DNA from: Clostridia bacterium
Lineage (GTDB): Bacteria > Bacillota > Clostridia > Oscillospirales > Acutalibacteraceae
Length of the DNA stretch: 64,000 bases
Reading direction: 5' to 3'
Assembly (NCBI GenBank): GCA_017440965.1
Contig: JAFSGH010000005.1
Location: forward strand, 11,507-75,506
Below, piece by piece: positions 38,333 to 47,400 of the stretch. Under the pieces are notes generated by a model. That model was not told the DNA's origin. It made no database searches and was given only the letters and a program-made list of their open reading frames with translations. A program made the position numbers and the translations under genes. Positions within the stretch are counted from its first letter, which is position 1. The number at the start of each line of letters is the position of its first letter.

Positions 38333-39439
38333 ATGACTAAGGTGATCGATTTTATAAAAAAGAATGTTGTAATGGAAATTGCTTTGTTGGCTGCTGTCGT
38401 AACTATGTTTTTTGTCCCTCCCGACAGTCAGTATATCGAATACTTTGATTTCAAAACTCTTTCTTGTCTTTTTTGTGTGCTCGCAGTTGTCTGTGCATTA
38501 AAGCATATCAGGTTTTTTTATATTCTTGCAAGGAAGATCGTTGAAAGCTTCGGGAATATAAAGTACTGTGTGCTTTCGCTGGTATATATTACCTTTATCG
38601 GTTCAATGCTTATTGCAAATGATATGGCACTTCTTACATTTTTGCCTTTAGGTTATTTTATTCTTGAGGCAACAAAACAGCAGAAATATATGGCTTTTAC
38701 CTTTATTATGCAGAATATTGCCGCGAATCTTGGAGGAATGCTCACTCCCTTCGGAAATCCGCAAAATTTATATCTTTATACAAAGTTTAATATTCCTAAC
38801 GGTGAATTCATAAGTATTATGCTACCGCCGTTTATCGTTGCGGTAATAATAATTACCGTGTGCTGTCTTGTATTTGTTAAAAGTGAAAAGCTTGAAATTG
38901 AAGGCAGTCCCGTAAAGCTTGATGTGAAGAGAACAGGACTTTATCTTGCTCTTTTCATGCTTGCAATTGCAATTGTTTTCAGATCTGTTCCTTATATTGC
39001 CGGTCTCATAATAATCCCATCAGTTTTGCTTATTTTTGACAGAAAAGCGTTAAAAGAGGTCGATTATCCCTTATTACTTACATTTGTGTTTTTCTTTATC
39101 TTTGCCGGTAATATGGCAAGGATTGATGTTGTCAGGGAATTATTTTCTTTCTTGTTAAATAAGAGCGTTCTGCTTTTCAGTGTTATATCCTGTCAGTTTA
39201 TCAGTAATGTACCTTCAGCAATTCTCTTATCGCAGTTTACTGAGAATTATCCGGAGCTTCTGATAGGTGTAAATATCGGCGGAGTAGGCACTCTGATTTC
39301 TTCTCTTGCAAGTCTCATCACCTTCAGAGAATATCATAGACACAACCCCAATAAAACGCTTTATTACATCGGTATGTTCTCTTTGTTTAATTTCGGATTC
39401 CTTATATTGCTCTCGGGAATTGAAATGGCTATAGTATGA
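38333..39439 (+). CDS. ArsB/NhaD-superfamily (citrate-transporter-like) anion permease
   Basis: The protein has about 10 TM segments, and the TPFGNPQNLYLY motif is characteristic of this permease superfamily. Confidence 0.65.
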   Translation: MTKVIDFIKKNVVMEIALLAAVVTMFFVPPDSQYIEYFDFKTLSCLFCVLAVVCALKHIRFFYILARKIVESFGNIKYCVLSLVYITFIGSMLIANDMALLTFLPLGYFILEATKQQKYMAFTFIMQNIAANLGGMLTPFGNPQNLYLYTKFNIPNGEFISIMLPPFIVAVIIITVCCLVFVKSEKLEIEGSPVKLDVKRTGLYLALFMLAIAIVFRSVPYIAGLIIIPSVLLIFDRKALKEVDYPLLLTFVFFFIFAGNMARIDVVRELFSFLLNKSVLLFSVISCQFISNVPSAILLSQFTENYPELLIGVNIGGVGTLISSLASLITFREYHRHNPNKTLYYIGMFSLFNFGFLILLSGIEMAIV

Positions 39440-39446
39440 TTTTTCG

Positions 39447-39475
39447 GTGACCTTCTAATGGAGGTCACTTTTTTT
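39447..39475 (+). terminator. Intrinsic terminator after the permease gene
   Basis: GTGACCT pairs with AGGTCAC, followed by a T7 run. Confidence 0.8.
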
Positions 39476-39495
39476 CTTACATATTTCCGAGATAA

Positions 39496-39524
39496 TTGAC
39501 ATTTATAAAGTCTGAATGTACAAT
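39496..39524 (+). promoter_or_regulatory. Promoter of the MFS transporter gene (TTGACA, 17 nt, TACAAT)
   Basis: The sequence reads TTGACA tttataaagtctgaatg TACAAT, about 30 nt before the ATG at 39554. Confidence 0.6.
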
Positions 39525-39553
39525 ATATTCAGAAAGTGAACGGAGGTTTTTTT

Positions 39554-40894
39554 ATGAAAAATGAATTAACAGCGGCTAAGCGGTCGGGATTTTCTATGTG
39601 GCTTCTTGTATGGGGACTCGGTCTTGCGGGACAGATTTGCTGGAATATTGAAAATCAGTGGTTCAATAATTTTGTTTATGCAAAGATAGGTAAGGATCCT
39701 TCTATTGTCACGGGAATGCTGATATGCTCTGCCGCGGCTACGACCTTTGCAACATTTTTCTTCGGCACATGGGCTGACAGAAACGGTAAAAGACGCCACT
39801 TCATTTCTGCGGGCTATATACTGTGGGGAATATTTACTATAGCATTCGGACTGACGCAGTTTATCAGCAAGGAAATGTATACTCTTATTGCTGTTTCCGT
39901 TGTGCTTGCAGACACGGTTATGAGCTTCTTCGGCTCTATGGGTAATGATGCAGGCTTCAATACATGGACAAATGACATAATGACGGATAAAAACCGAGGC
40001 GGCATCGGTGCGGCGCTTGCCACGCAGCCTATATTCGGAACGATACTCGGAACCGTTGTCGGCGGTCTTCTTATCGGCAGTGAAGATAATTATATGCGTC
40101 TTTTCGTTGTAATGGGTGTTTTTGTTATTATTTTCGGTGTTATTTCGCTTATTACACTTAACAGCAAGGATGATGTTGCTCCTGTTAAAAAAGGCAGCTT
40201 TATGCAGCAATTTCTCAGTGTTTTCAACTTCAGAGAATTCTTCAAACTTAAGGAGCTTGTTATCGTTCATATCGGTATTGCAGTTTTCTTTATAGGTTTT
40301 AATGTGTATTTTGCTTATATGGGAAATTATATTATTCATTATCTGGGATATACAGCTGATATGATGGGTATAATTGAAGCAGTACCTCTTGTGCTTGCAA
40401 TGCTTACAGCGATTCCCATAAGTGTGCTTATAAATAAAAATAAACATCCCTATATTTCTTTTGCCGCAATAGCAATAAATATTATCGGTCTTCTTGTAGT
40501 ATTTCCGATAACTCCCGAGGATGTAGATCCAACCAAGCTTTTTGACCTGAGACTTTGGACAGGAATCTTCCTTGTAGGTGTCGGTTATATTGCCATACTT
40601 CAGACAACAAAGGTGTGGGCGAAGCAGCTTTATCCCAAGGATGCAAAGGGACAGTTTGAGGGAATATGGATATTATTCTTTGTTCTGATACCTATGATCG
40701 GCGGATCTCTTATCGGTGAAGCAGTTGTCAAAACAAGCGGAGAGACCTTTATTGAGGAGCTCAGCGGGAAAATGCAGTATATTCCTAACGGTAATATTTT
40801 CCTTGTAGGAGCAATTATTATTGTGCTGTCCGTTATTCCCTTTATTTTCACTGTAAAGTATCACAAGATAAGAATTAAGGAAGAGAACAAGTAA
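39554..40894 (+). CDS. MFS transporter (12 TM segments)
   Basis: The topology fits an MFS transporter, and an MFS loop-like GTWADRNGKRR lies between TM2 and TM3. The start was taken at ATG 39554 after CGGAGG. Confidence 0.8.
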   Translation: MKNELTAAKRSGFSMWLLVWGLGLAGQICWNIENQWFNNFVYAKIGKDPSIVTGMLICSAAATTFATFFFGTWADRNGKRRHFISAGYILWGIFTIAFGLTQFISKEMYTLIAVSVVLADTVMSFFGSMGNDAGFNTWTNDIMTDKNRGGIGAALATQPIFGTILGTVVGGLLIGSEDNYMRLFVVMGVFVIIFGVISLITLNSKDDVAPVKKGSFMQQFLSVFNFREFFKLKELVIVHIGIAVFFIGFNVYFAYMGNYIIHYLGYTADMMGIIEAVPLVLAMLTAIPISVLINKNKHPYISFAAIAINIIGLLVVFPITPEDVDPTKLFDLRLWTGIFLVGVGYIAILQTTKVWAKQLYPKDAKGQFEGIWILFFVLIPMIGGSLIGEAVVKTSGETFIEELSGKMQYIPNGNIFLVGAIIIVLSVIPFIFTVKYHKIRIKEENK

Positions 40895-40980
40895 TAAAAT
40901 TCAATGCCTTGTGCTTTGAAAATGGAGCAAGACATTGAAAATAAGTAATATTAACAGTTAAATCCTGTTAATAGTAAAAA

Positions 40981-41010
40981 ATACCGTCTGAATCATCAGG
41001 CGGTATTTTT
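40981..41010 (+). terminator. Intrinsic terminator after the MFS gene
   Basis: ATACCGTCTGA pairs with TCAGGCGGTAT, followed by a T5 run. Confidence 0.75.
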
Positions 41011-41112
41011 GTTATTATATAGAAAATTGCCCGCATTGTGAGTAATCTATATATATATATCAGAATTATGTCCTGTAATCCCAATGATTGGCGGAGGCAG
41101 AATGTTATTATA
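41011..41112 (+). repeat. Degenerate single copy of the dispersed intergenic repeat family
   Basis: TTATTATATAGAAAATTGCCCGCATTGTGAGTAATC...AATCCCAATGATTGGCGGAGGCAGAATGTT aligns with the 108-bp unit at 53170 (palindrome, C/G hairpin and CAGAATG tail). Confidence 0.6.
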
Positions 41113-41125
41113 TTAAAACTTAACT

Positions 41126-41154
41126 AAAAAGATCCCTGCCACCGGGCAGGGATC
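41126..41154 (-). terminator. Intrinsic terminator of the dockerin-protein gene
   Basis: GATCCCTGCC ACCG GGCAGGGATC forms the hairpin, with a T5 run on the minus strand. Confidence 0.85.
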
Positions 41155-41159
41155 TGATG

Positions 41160-42509
41160 TTATTGATCTGAAAAAGCGCTGTATACCGTTGATGTATAGT
41201 ATTCAGAAACGCTTAATGCATCTGAAAGAAGCTTCAGTGTTTCTTTTGTGCAGGGAAGCTGACCGTTGCTGTTAGTACAGCTGATAAACGCCTGATATCT
41301 TATCTGATATGCCTTTTCAAGCTTTTCTCTGATATTTCTTGTGCCGATGGTTTCTTTACAGCAGTCAAGCGCACTTTTAAGGTTTTCCGTGGATGTTTTC
41401 ATATCCTTTATGAATGCTGAAATATTATTTCTTTCAATATCGGCCTTCGCAAGGTCATCGTGGTGTTTTGCCGCATTGAGGTATCCTGTGATCGATTCCT
41501 CAAACAGCTCCTTACTGCTTTTTGAAATGCTGCAGTTTTTACAAATATCCGAGTTTTCGAAATCGTGCCCCTGCTTTTTGGCATTTTCTTTTGAACAGAT
41601 AATGCATACGGACGGTAAATAACAATCACCGTCAGAGTAAATATGCTCTGTGCTGTCATATTCAGCAGTGAAAACCGTATTAGTAAGTGTGCAGCAAAAA
41701 CGGTATGTTCCGCCATTTTCGCAGCCGTCACCGCTTTGAAGAGAATACTCAAATCTATTAAATACCGGCTTTTCAAGCGAAACCGCAGTTCTTAATGCAA
41801 GTCTTGCATCTGCAGAAGAGATATCGCCGTTTCTGTCAAAATCTGCGTAGGGGAAATATTTAAGGGGCAGTCTGTCAAGCCCTACACTGTGTCGCAGAAT
41901 AAGTCGCGCATCCTCTGCACTAACGGTTCCGTCACCGTTTGCATCACCTAACTGACGGCTCTCTTCAATGCTGCCGCTGATGATATCTTCATTCTGCTGA
42001 AGAGAAAATGAAATGTGATCTCTGACAGCCGCACGTTTTGTTGATATTGTGAAATTCAATTCTGCAATTTCAGCTGTGTCGGTATTTTCATTTTTGCTTA
42101 TAAGAATATCGCAAAGATAGAAGTCATTTTCTGAAGAAAACGGCTCCAGAAAATATCCTGTCAATCGAAATACGCCTTTATCTTTTGTGTAGAAAAGCTC
42201 AAAACGAGCTTTGTCTTCACTGTCGGACGCGCTAAAGGAGGAGGAATCAAAGGAAATCCTGTCTGTATCCGTTCCTTCAAAGGATATTTTGTTGAATTTC
42301 AAGGCTTCGTTAAAAAGAAGAGTAAGATCTACGGAGAGAACATCGTCAGGCTTTGTGATATATACTGAAATAACATAATTGTCCTCAGTTGAGGATAGCT
42401 TTACTTTAAGCTCGGGATGCTTTGCCGCGTTTGAGATAAAAGAAAAAGACAGAAGAAGGACAGTGCAGGCAAGAAGACAGGATAATAATTTCCTAAGACC
42501 GTATTGCAT
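41160..42509 (-). CDS. Secreted protein with a cohesin-like beta-sandwich N-domain, a central type-I-like dockerin, and a Cys-rich/helical C-terminal region
   Basis: A signal peptide (LLACTVLLLSFSFISNAA) is present. Two dockerin Ca-binding repeats read DANGDGTVSAEDARLILRHSVG and DFDRNGDISSADARLALRTAVS. Downstream are 10 Cys, including CIIC and CKNC. The start was taken at ATG 42509 after GGAGGA. Confidence 0.75.
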   Translation of the reverse strand: MQYGLRKLLSCLLACTVLLLSFSFISNAAKHPELKVKLSSTEDNYVISVYITKPDDVLSVDLTLLFNEALKFNKISFEGTDTDRISFDSSSFSASDSEDKARFELFYTKDKGVFRLTGYFLEPFSSENDFYLCDILISKNENTDTAEIAELNFTISTKRAAVRDHISFSLQQNEDIISGSIEESRQLGDANGDGTVSAEDARLILRHSVGLDRLPLKYFPYADFDRNGDISSADARLALRTAVSLEKPVFNRFEYSLQSGDGCENGGTYRFCCTLTNTVFTAEYDSTEHIYSDGDCYLPSVCIICSKENAKKQGHDFENSDICKNCSISKSSKELFEESITGYLNAAKHHDDLAKADIERNNISAFIKDMKTSTENLKSALDCCKETIGTRNIREKLEKAYQIRYQAFISCTNSNGQLPCTKETLKLLSDALSVSEYYTSTVYSAFSDQ

Positions 42510-42537
42510 TTGATATCCTCCGTTCTGTGACAGTTTC

Positions 42538-42573
42538 AAAAAACGGTCTCCGCAGTATTGAACACGGAGACCG
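42538..42573 (-). terminator. Intrinsic terminator of the PHP-domain gene
   Basis: CGGTCTCCG pairs with CGGAGACCG, with a T6 run on the minus strand. Confidence 0.8.
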
Positions 42574-42588
42574 CAAGATCAGATCATT

Positions 42589-43938
42589 TTAGTCTTTGAT
42601 AAGTCTGATAAGCTCCTGGAAAATAACCCAGAGTCTGGAGCTCTTGATAGCGAAAATGAATTCCTTGAGAGTGTCGATCTCTTTTTCGTAGTCAGGCTTT
42701 TCTTCGCCGTTATCAATAACGAGTGCCTGAGAAATAGTCATACCGCCTTCACCGAGAAGCTCAGCTCTTACATAAAGGAAATCTTCAGCGCCTTCAATAG
42801 TGTCAAGGTCGAGAGTTACGGGAGCATCAGCAATAGCCGTGTTCATAATAACCTTGCCGTTAGCGATCCACTGAAGGTTATCGGAATTCTCAGCCTCTAC
42901 AGTTATCTTATGTCCGTCAACCTTGATGTTTGTGAACATAGGATAGGGGAGTCCCTGATTGCCGCAATCGAAGCCTTCCTTGGGGCCGATTTCGAAGTCA
43001 TTGCCTCTGAGATTTCTTGTTGTTGAGAAGAAAGCACCGTTCATCATTGTCTTTTTGATATTAGCAACGTTGTTTTCTTCCATCATAAATGTCATAAATG
43101 ATGAGTCAACCTTGTCGGTGCTGTGAGCGTCTGTATTTGAATAACCGAGAACAGTCTTGCCGAAGGGAAGAGTGTACATAAGAAGGTTATCCCAATAGAT
43201 TCTGTCATAGCCGGTTGTGCCGTTGTCCTCGTTGAAAACCTCGGTGCCGTAGCAGGAATCATATCTTAAAATGATGTCTGCAACAAATTCAATGTTTTCA
43301 GGATCGTTTACAGCCTCGGGATTTGCATTTGTCTCAAATAAGTCACCGGGATGGTTGATGTGAGAGATGCCGCCGTTCTTTTCTGTGAACTTAACAGCAA
43401 ATTCATAGCCGTTTTCAAAGCCTGCAAAGCCTGTGCCTACTCCCTCGGGAAGGAAGTATCCGTTTACATGGGACTTTGTAAGTGTCATATTATTAAGCTC
43501 ATTAGCGCCTATAACACAGGTCATACCTGCGCCTCTGTCGTTATATGTGCCGCTTGTGATTCCTTCAAATTCTTCATCTGTAAGAACTGTGTATTTATTG
43601 CCGATGATGGGCTGATAGAGATAAAGAGCAGGAAATCTGGGAGCTCTGTTCCACTCAACACCGGTAACACCGTGGTCAGCCTGTGCAACAAAATCGTAAT
43701 CCTGAGCATAGTATTCCTTGATCATTGTTGCAAGATCAACATCTGCATCGGAAAAAGTGGAATGTGTGTGAAGAGTACCCTTGTATGCACCCCAGGCGTT
43801 GTCACCTTCCCAGATGACATCCTCATAAGGTGAAACGATAGTGTAATCTGTTTCAGCTGCACTTACTGCAAAAACGCCTATCTGTAAAACGATAAGTGTT
43901 GTGAGGATGAGTGCAAAAACTTTTTTGATGTTTTTCAT
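42589..43938 (-). CDS. Secreted PHP-domain (polymerase/histidinol-phosphatase-type) metal-dependent phosphoesterase, paralogue 1
   Basis: A signal peptide (VFAVSAAE) is followed by PHP His motifs (GTLHTHSTFSD, QADHG, SHINHPG, NTDAH). The C-terminal tail is hydrophobic/amphipathic. Confidence 0.7.
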   Translation of the reverse strand: MKNIKKVFALILTTLIVLQIGVFAVSAAETDYTIVSPYEDVIWEGDNAWGAYKGTLHTHSTFSDADVDLATMIKEYYAQDYDFVAQADHGVTGVEWNRAPRFPALYLYQPIIGNKYTVLTDEEFEGITSGTYNDRGAGMTCVIGANELNNMTLTKSHVNGYFLPEGVGTGFAGFENGYEFAVKFTEKNGGISHINHPGDLFETNANPEAVNDPENIEFVADIILRYDSCYGTEVFNEDNGTTGYDRIYWDNLLMYTLPFGKTVLGYSNTDAHSTDKVDSSFMTFMMEENNVANIKKTMMNGAFFSTTRNLRGNDFEIGPKEGFDCGNQGLPYPMFTNIKVDGHKITVEAENSDNLQWIANGKVIMNTAIADAPVTLDLDTIEGAEDFLYVRAELLGEGGMTISQALVIDNGEEKPDYEKEIDTLKEFIFAIKSSRLWVIFQELIRLIKD

Positions 43939-44016
43939 TATTCTTTTCCTCCATACAAAAAATCCGTACTTAAATGATACAATAAGTACGGAGAAAAGTC
44001 AATAATTTTATTATTG

Positions 44017-44580
44017 TTATCCTTCTGAAACCGAAGGATCGGGAAGATCTACCACGGTTATTTCGTAGCCTAATGCCGGTATGATCTTTTCCGTAAGATC
44101 AGCTGTTGAAAATCTGAGTGTCGTTGTGTTTATGCAGGGATGCACACCGATATCGGGAATATCAAGAAGATCCTTATCAATGAGAAGCTTTACCTTCTTT
44201 TCCGTATCATTCATAAGTCCCATAACGCTTACGGAGCCGGGAGTAATATCAAGATATTTCTCCATGTTTTCGGCACTTGCAAAGGAAAGTCGGGATGAAT
44301 TTATCTGCTTAGAGAGAAATTTTGTTTTGAATGCCTTTTTTCCGGGCATAAGAAGAAGATAAAAGGCTGTAGCCTGAGCATTGCAGAGAAAAAGATTCTT
44401 GCATATCTCAGCGCCGAGCTTACCCTCTATCAAAGCACATATCTCCATTGTGTCGGCACTGTCGTGGTCAACACCGCAGACAGGGATCGAATGCTCCTCA
44501 AGAAAGCTGTAAACGCGGTTTTCCTTCGGCAATCTTCCTTCGGGGGACGGAGCCCTTGTAAATAATTCGGAAATATTCAT
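44017..44580 (-). CDS. YbaK/EbsC-type aminoacyl-tRNA editing (deacylase) domain protein
   Basis: The 187-aa product resembles the YbaK/ProX family, with GSVSVMGL-type and HPC motifs. The gene overlaps the whiA stop by 4 nt. Confidence 0.6.
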   Translation of the reverse strand: MNISELFTRAPSPEGRLPKENRVYSFLEEHSIPVCGVDHDSADTMEICALIEGKLGAEICKNLFLCNAQATAFYLLLMPGKKAFKTKFLSKQINSSRLSFASAENMEKYLDITPGSVSVMGLMNDTEKKVKLLIDKDLLDIPDIGVHPCINTTTLRFSTADLTEKIIPALGYEITVVDLPDPSVSEG

Positions 44581-45470
44581 TTATTTAATTCCTCCGCGAT
44601 ATTCATTAATCTTTTGAATCGGTGATTTACTCCCGATACACTTATTGATTCGGAAAGCATTTCTGCAATTTCGGAGGTGCTCAGCTGTCTGTCGGAGTAT
44701 CTCAGCTTTGCAATCTCCTGAAGCTCGGGCGGTAATGCGTCGAAACCGATCCTTTCTTTAATAAGAGCTATCGCCTCATACTGCTTTGTTGCGGCGGCTA
44801 TGGTCCGTGCAAGGTTTGCGTTTTCAAAATTCACCTTTCTGTTCACCGTGTTTCTTATGTCCTTATAGACCTTTGTGCCGAGGAACTGAAGGGATTTTTC
44901 GGTAGCTCCCATTATTGCGAGCACGTCCTCAATATCATTGGAATTTTTGAAATAAACCGTATATGAGCCGCTTCTTTTTGTTGATTTTGGTGTAGGATCA
45001 TATTCATCAAAGAGTTTTATAAGATCATCTGCAAGTCCTTTTGTTGAAACAGAGAATTCAAGATGATACTCTTTTTCAGGATCAGTGACTGTACCGCAGG
45101 CAAGAAAGGCTCCTCTGATAAATGCCGAAAAGCAGCACTGATTCTGGATGTTTGCAAAATTTATTCGCTTTTTTGAAAGAGAATCGGTAATCCATAGCTT
45201 TTCAAAGAGCGTGTCAATGATTTTCTTATTATCGACAAACACCTTGTATTTGCCGCCTGCTGTCTCTATGGGATCTGTGATATAGCCTGTGAGATAGCTT
45301 ATCGCTGCACAGTAAATATCTGCGATATCGGAATTTTCCGTAAGTATTGAAATCTCATTATCAGAAAAAGCCCTGCTGAACAGCAGTAGCCCGTAGCATT
45401 GGGCATGCATACAGCAGGGTTCATTTGAGATTGATAATAATTCACTTTTTACTTCGCTTGAAAATGACAT
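44577..45470 (-). CDS. whiA: DNA-binding protein WhiA
   Basis: The N-terminus MSFSSEVKSEL, degenerate LAGLIDADG-like repeats (IRGAFLACGTV) and a C-terminal HTH (LSTSEIAEML...SGVNHRFKRL) are present. Confidence 0.88.
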   Translation of the reverse strand: MSFSSEVKSELLSISNEPCCMHAQCYGLLLFSRAFSDNEISILTENSDIADIYCAAISYLTGYITDPIETAGGKYKVFVDNKKIIDTLFEKLWITDSLSKKRINFANIQNQCCFSAFIRGAFLACGTVTDPEKEYHLEFSVSTKGLADDLIKLFDEYDPTPKSTKRSGSYTVYFKNSNDIEDVLAIMGATEKSLQFLGTKVYKDIRNTVNRKVNFENANLARTIAAATKQYEAIALIKERIGFDALPPELQEIAKLRYSDRQLSTSEIAEMLSESISVSGVNHRFKRLMNIAEELNK

Positions 45471-45471
45471 A

Positions 45472-46401
45472 TTAACGATCCTTCAGAATTTCAACTTCGG
45501 GTTCCAGTATAACACCGTGTTTTTCTGCAACCTCATTTTTTATTATCTCCATTAATGCTGTAACATCGGAAAATGTAGCATCTCCCGTGTTGATAACAAA
45601 GCCTGCGTGCTTAGTGCTGACTGAAGCACCGCCTACGGCTCTTCCTTTGAGTCCGCATTGATCTATATGTGCTGCGGCATAGCCGACTTCAGGTCTTTTG
45701 AAGGTACTGCCTGCACTGGGGAAATCGAGAGGCTGGGAATTTTTACGCTTTTCCATAAGCTCATCCATTTTTGCACGGATCTCTTCACTGTCTCCCTTTT
45801 CCAGCTTGAAATAAGCGGCTGTGATTATTCTGCCGTTTTTCATAAAGGATGTGTTTCTGTAGCTCAATGTAAGCTCATCGGCAGGTGTTTCTTCTGCATT
45901 TCCCTTGCTGTCAATGCTTCTTACCGACATAAGCACATTTTTTATTTCACCGCCGTATGCACCTGCATTCATATACACAGCACCGCCGACACTTCCCGGA
46001 ATTCCGTATGCAAATTCCAGTCCCGTAAGAGAGTGAGATAAAGCGAAATTGCAAAGCTTAGTCAGGGATACACCTGCACCGCAGGCAATAATTCCGTCAC
46101 CGAGATATAAAAGATCCGAAAGACCGTTCATCAGCTTTATTGTTATTCCCCGAAGTCCGTCATCGGAAATGAGAACATTACTGCCGTTTCCCAATATATA
46201 ATAAGGTATATTTCTTTCATCGGCATATTTCAGTACCGATGAAAGAACCTTTTCATTTTTAGGAACTACAAGTATTTCAGCATTTCCGCCTATTCGGAAT
46301 GAGCAGTGATTCTTCAACGGCTCATCTGCAAGAATAAGACAGCTTTCATTTTTGAAGTTTGCAGTAAAGGATTTCTGGAGATCAGTCATATAATCACTCA
46401 A
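45472..46401 (-). CDS. murB: UDP-N-acetylenolpyruvoylglucosamine reductase
   Basis: An FAD-binding domain (FRIGGNAE, LGNGSN) and a C-terminal domain (GSTFKRP, GGASVS.KHAGFVIN) are present. Confidence 0.93.
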   Translation of the reverse strand: MSDYMTDLQKSFTANFKNESCLILADEPLKNHCSFRIGGNAEILVVPKNEKVLSSVLKYADERNIPYYILGNGSNVLISDDGLRGITIKLMNGLSDLLYLGDGIIACGAGVSLTKLCNFALSHSLTGLEFAYGIPGSVGGAVYMNAGAYGGEIKNVLMSVRSIDSKGNAEETPADELTLSYRNTSFMKNGRIITAAYFKLEKGDSEEIRAKMDELMEKRKNSQPLDFPSAGSTFKRPEVGYAAAHIDQCGLKGRAVGGASVSTKHAGFVINTGDATFSDVTALMEIIKNEVAEKHGVILEPEVEILKDR

Positions 46402-46409
46402 ATTAAAAA

Positions 46410-47360
46410 TTATTCGTCAAGAAGAGCAGCGCCGATTATACCTGCATCGTTGCCGAGCTCTGCGGCAACAAGCTGAGTCTGCTTCTTTGCGTGGATTGAA
46501 TATACTTCAGAGGGAAGTAATTTACGAACGGGGGCGAGGAGATTTTCCTTTTCGTTTCCGACGCCGCCGCCTACACATACCATGTCGGGCTGGAATATGT
46601 TAATAATGTTTCCGATTCCGCAGGAAAGCATATGTACATAGTAATTAACTACCTGCTGAGCTGTAGCATCGCCCTTTCTCATTGCATCAAAGGCTGTTCT
46701 GCCGTTTACCTTGTTGATATCGTTTCCGACGATATCCCACATAAGGGAATTGAAATTCTTTCTCATAGCCTCCTTTGTTTGAGCGATAAGGGCAGTAGCT
46801 GAAGAATACTTTTCCCAACAGCCCTTTCTTCCGCAGTTGCACTGAAGTCCGTCATATACGAGAACAGTGTGTCCCATTTCACCTGCTGCATAGTTTACAC
46901 CGGTAACAAGCTTGCCGTTTACGATAATTCCGCTTCCGACACCTGTGCCGAGTGTTATCATTATGAAATCCTTAACGCCCTTGCCGCAACCTGCAATCGC
47001 TTCGCCGAGAGCGGCACAGTTAGCATCATTATCAAAATAAACCTTTTCAAAGCCGAGTCTTTCTCTGAGAAGCTTGTAAGCGGGAACATTATTGAAGCCA
47101 AGGTTGTTTGCAAATTCAATAAGCTCATCGCCCTTGTTGACAGAACCGGGTGTGCCTACACCAATAGATATGATATCATCATTTGTAATATGAATCTGGC
47201 TCATTGCCTCTTTTACGGCATCAGCCATATCGTCAAAAATAAACTCTGCTTCACGGGGAGCATTGGTCTTTCTTGAAGCCTTTGCTACGATTTTATTATT
47301 TTCGTCGATAATACCGACTACGATATTTGTTCCTCCGAGATCTATTCCTACTCTGTACAT
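46410..47360 (-). CDS. glcK: ROK-family glucokinase
   Basis: The motifs GIDLGGTNI, LGTGVG and the ROK Cys motif (CNCGRKGCWE) are present. The start was taken at MYRVG after GGAGGA. Confidence 0.85.
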   Translation of the reverse strand: MYRVGIDLGGTNIVVGIIDENNKIVAKASRKTNAPREAEFIFDDMADAVKEAMSQIHITNDDIISIGVGTPGSVNKGDELIEFANNLGFNNVPAYKLLRERLGFEKVYFDNDANCAALGEAIAGCGKGVKDFIMITLGTGVGSGIIVNGKLVTGVNYAAGEMGHTVLVYDGLQCNCGRKGCWEKYSSATALIAQTKEAMRKNFNSLMWDIVGNDINKVNGRTAFDAMRKGDATAQQVVNYYVHMLSCGIGNIINIFQPDMVCVGGGVGNEKENLLAPVRKLLPSEVYSIHAKKQTQLVAAELGNDAGIIGAALLDE

Positions 47361-47400
47361 TGTGATTTCCTCCATAAATAATATTTGCTTTTTTATATTT

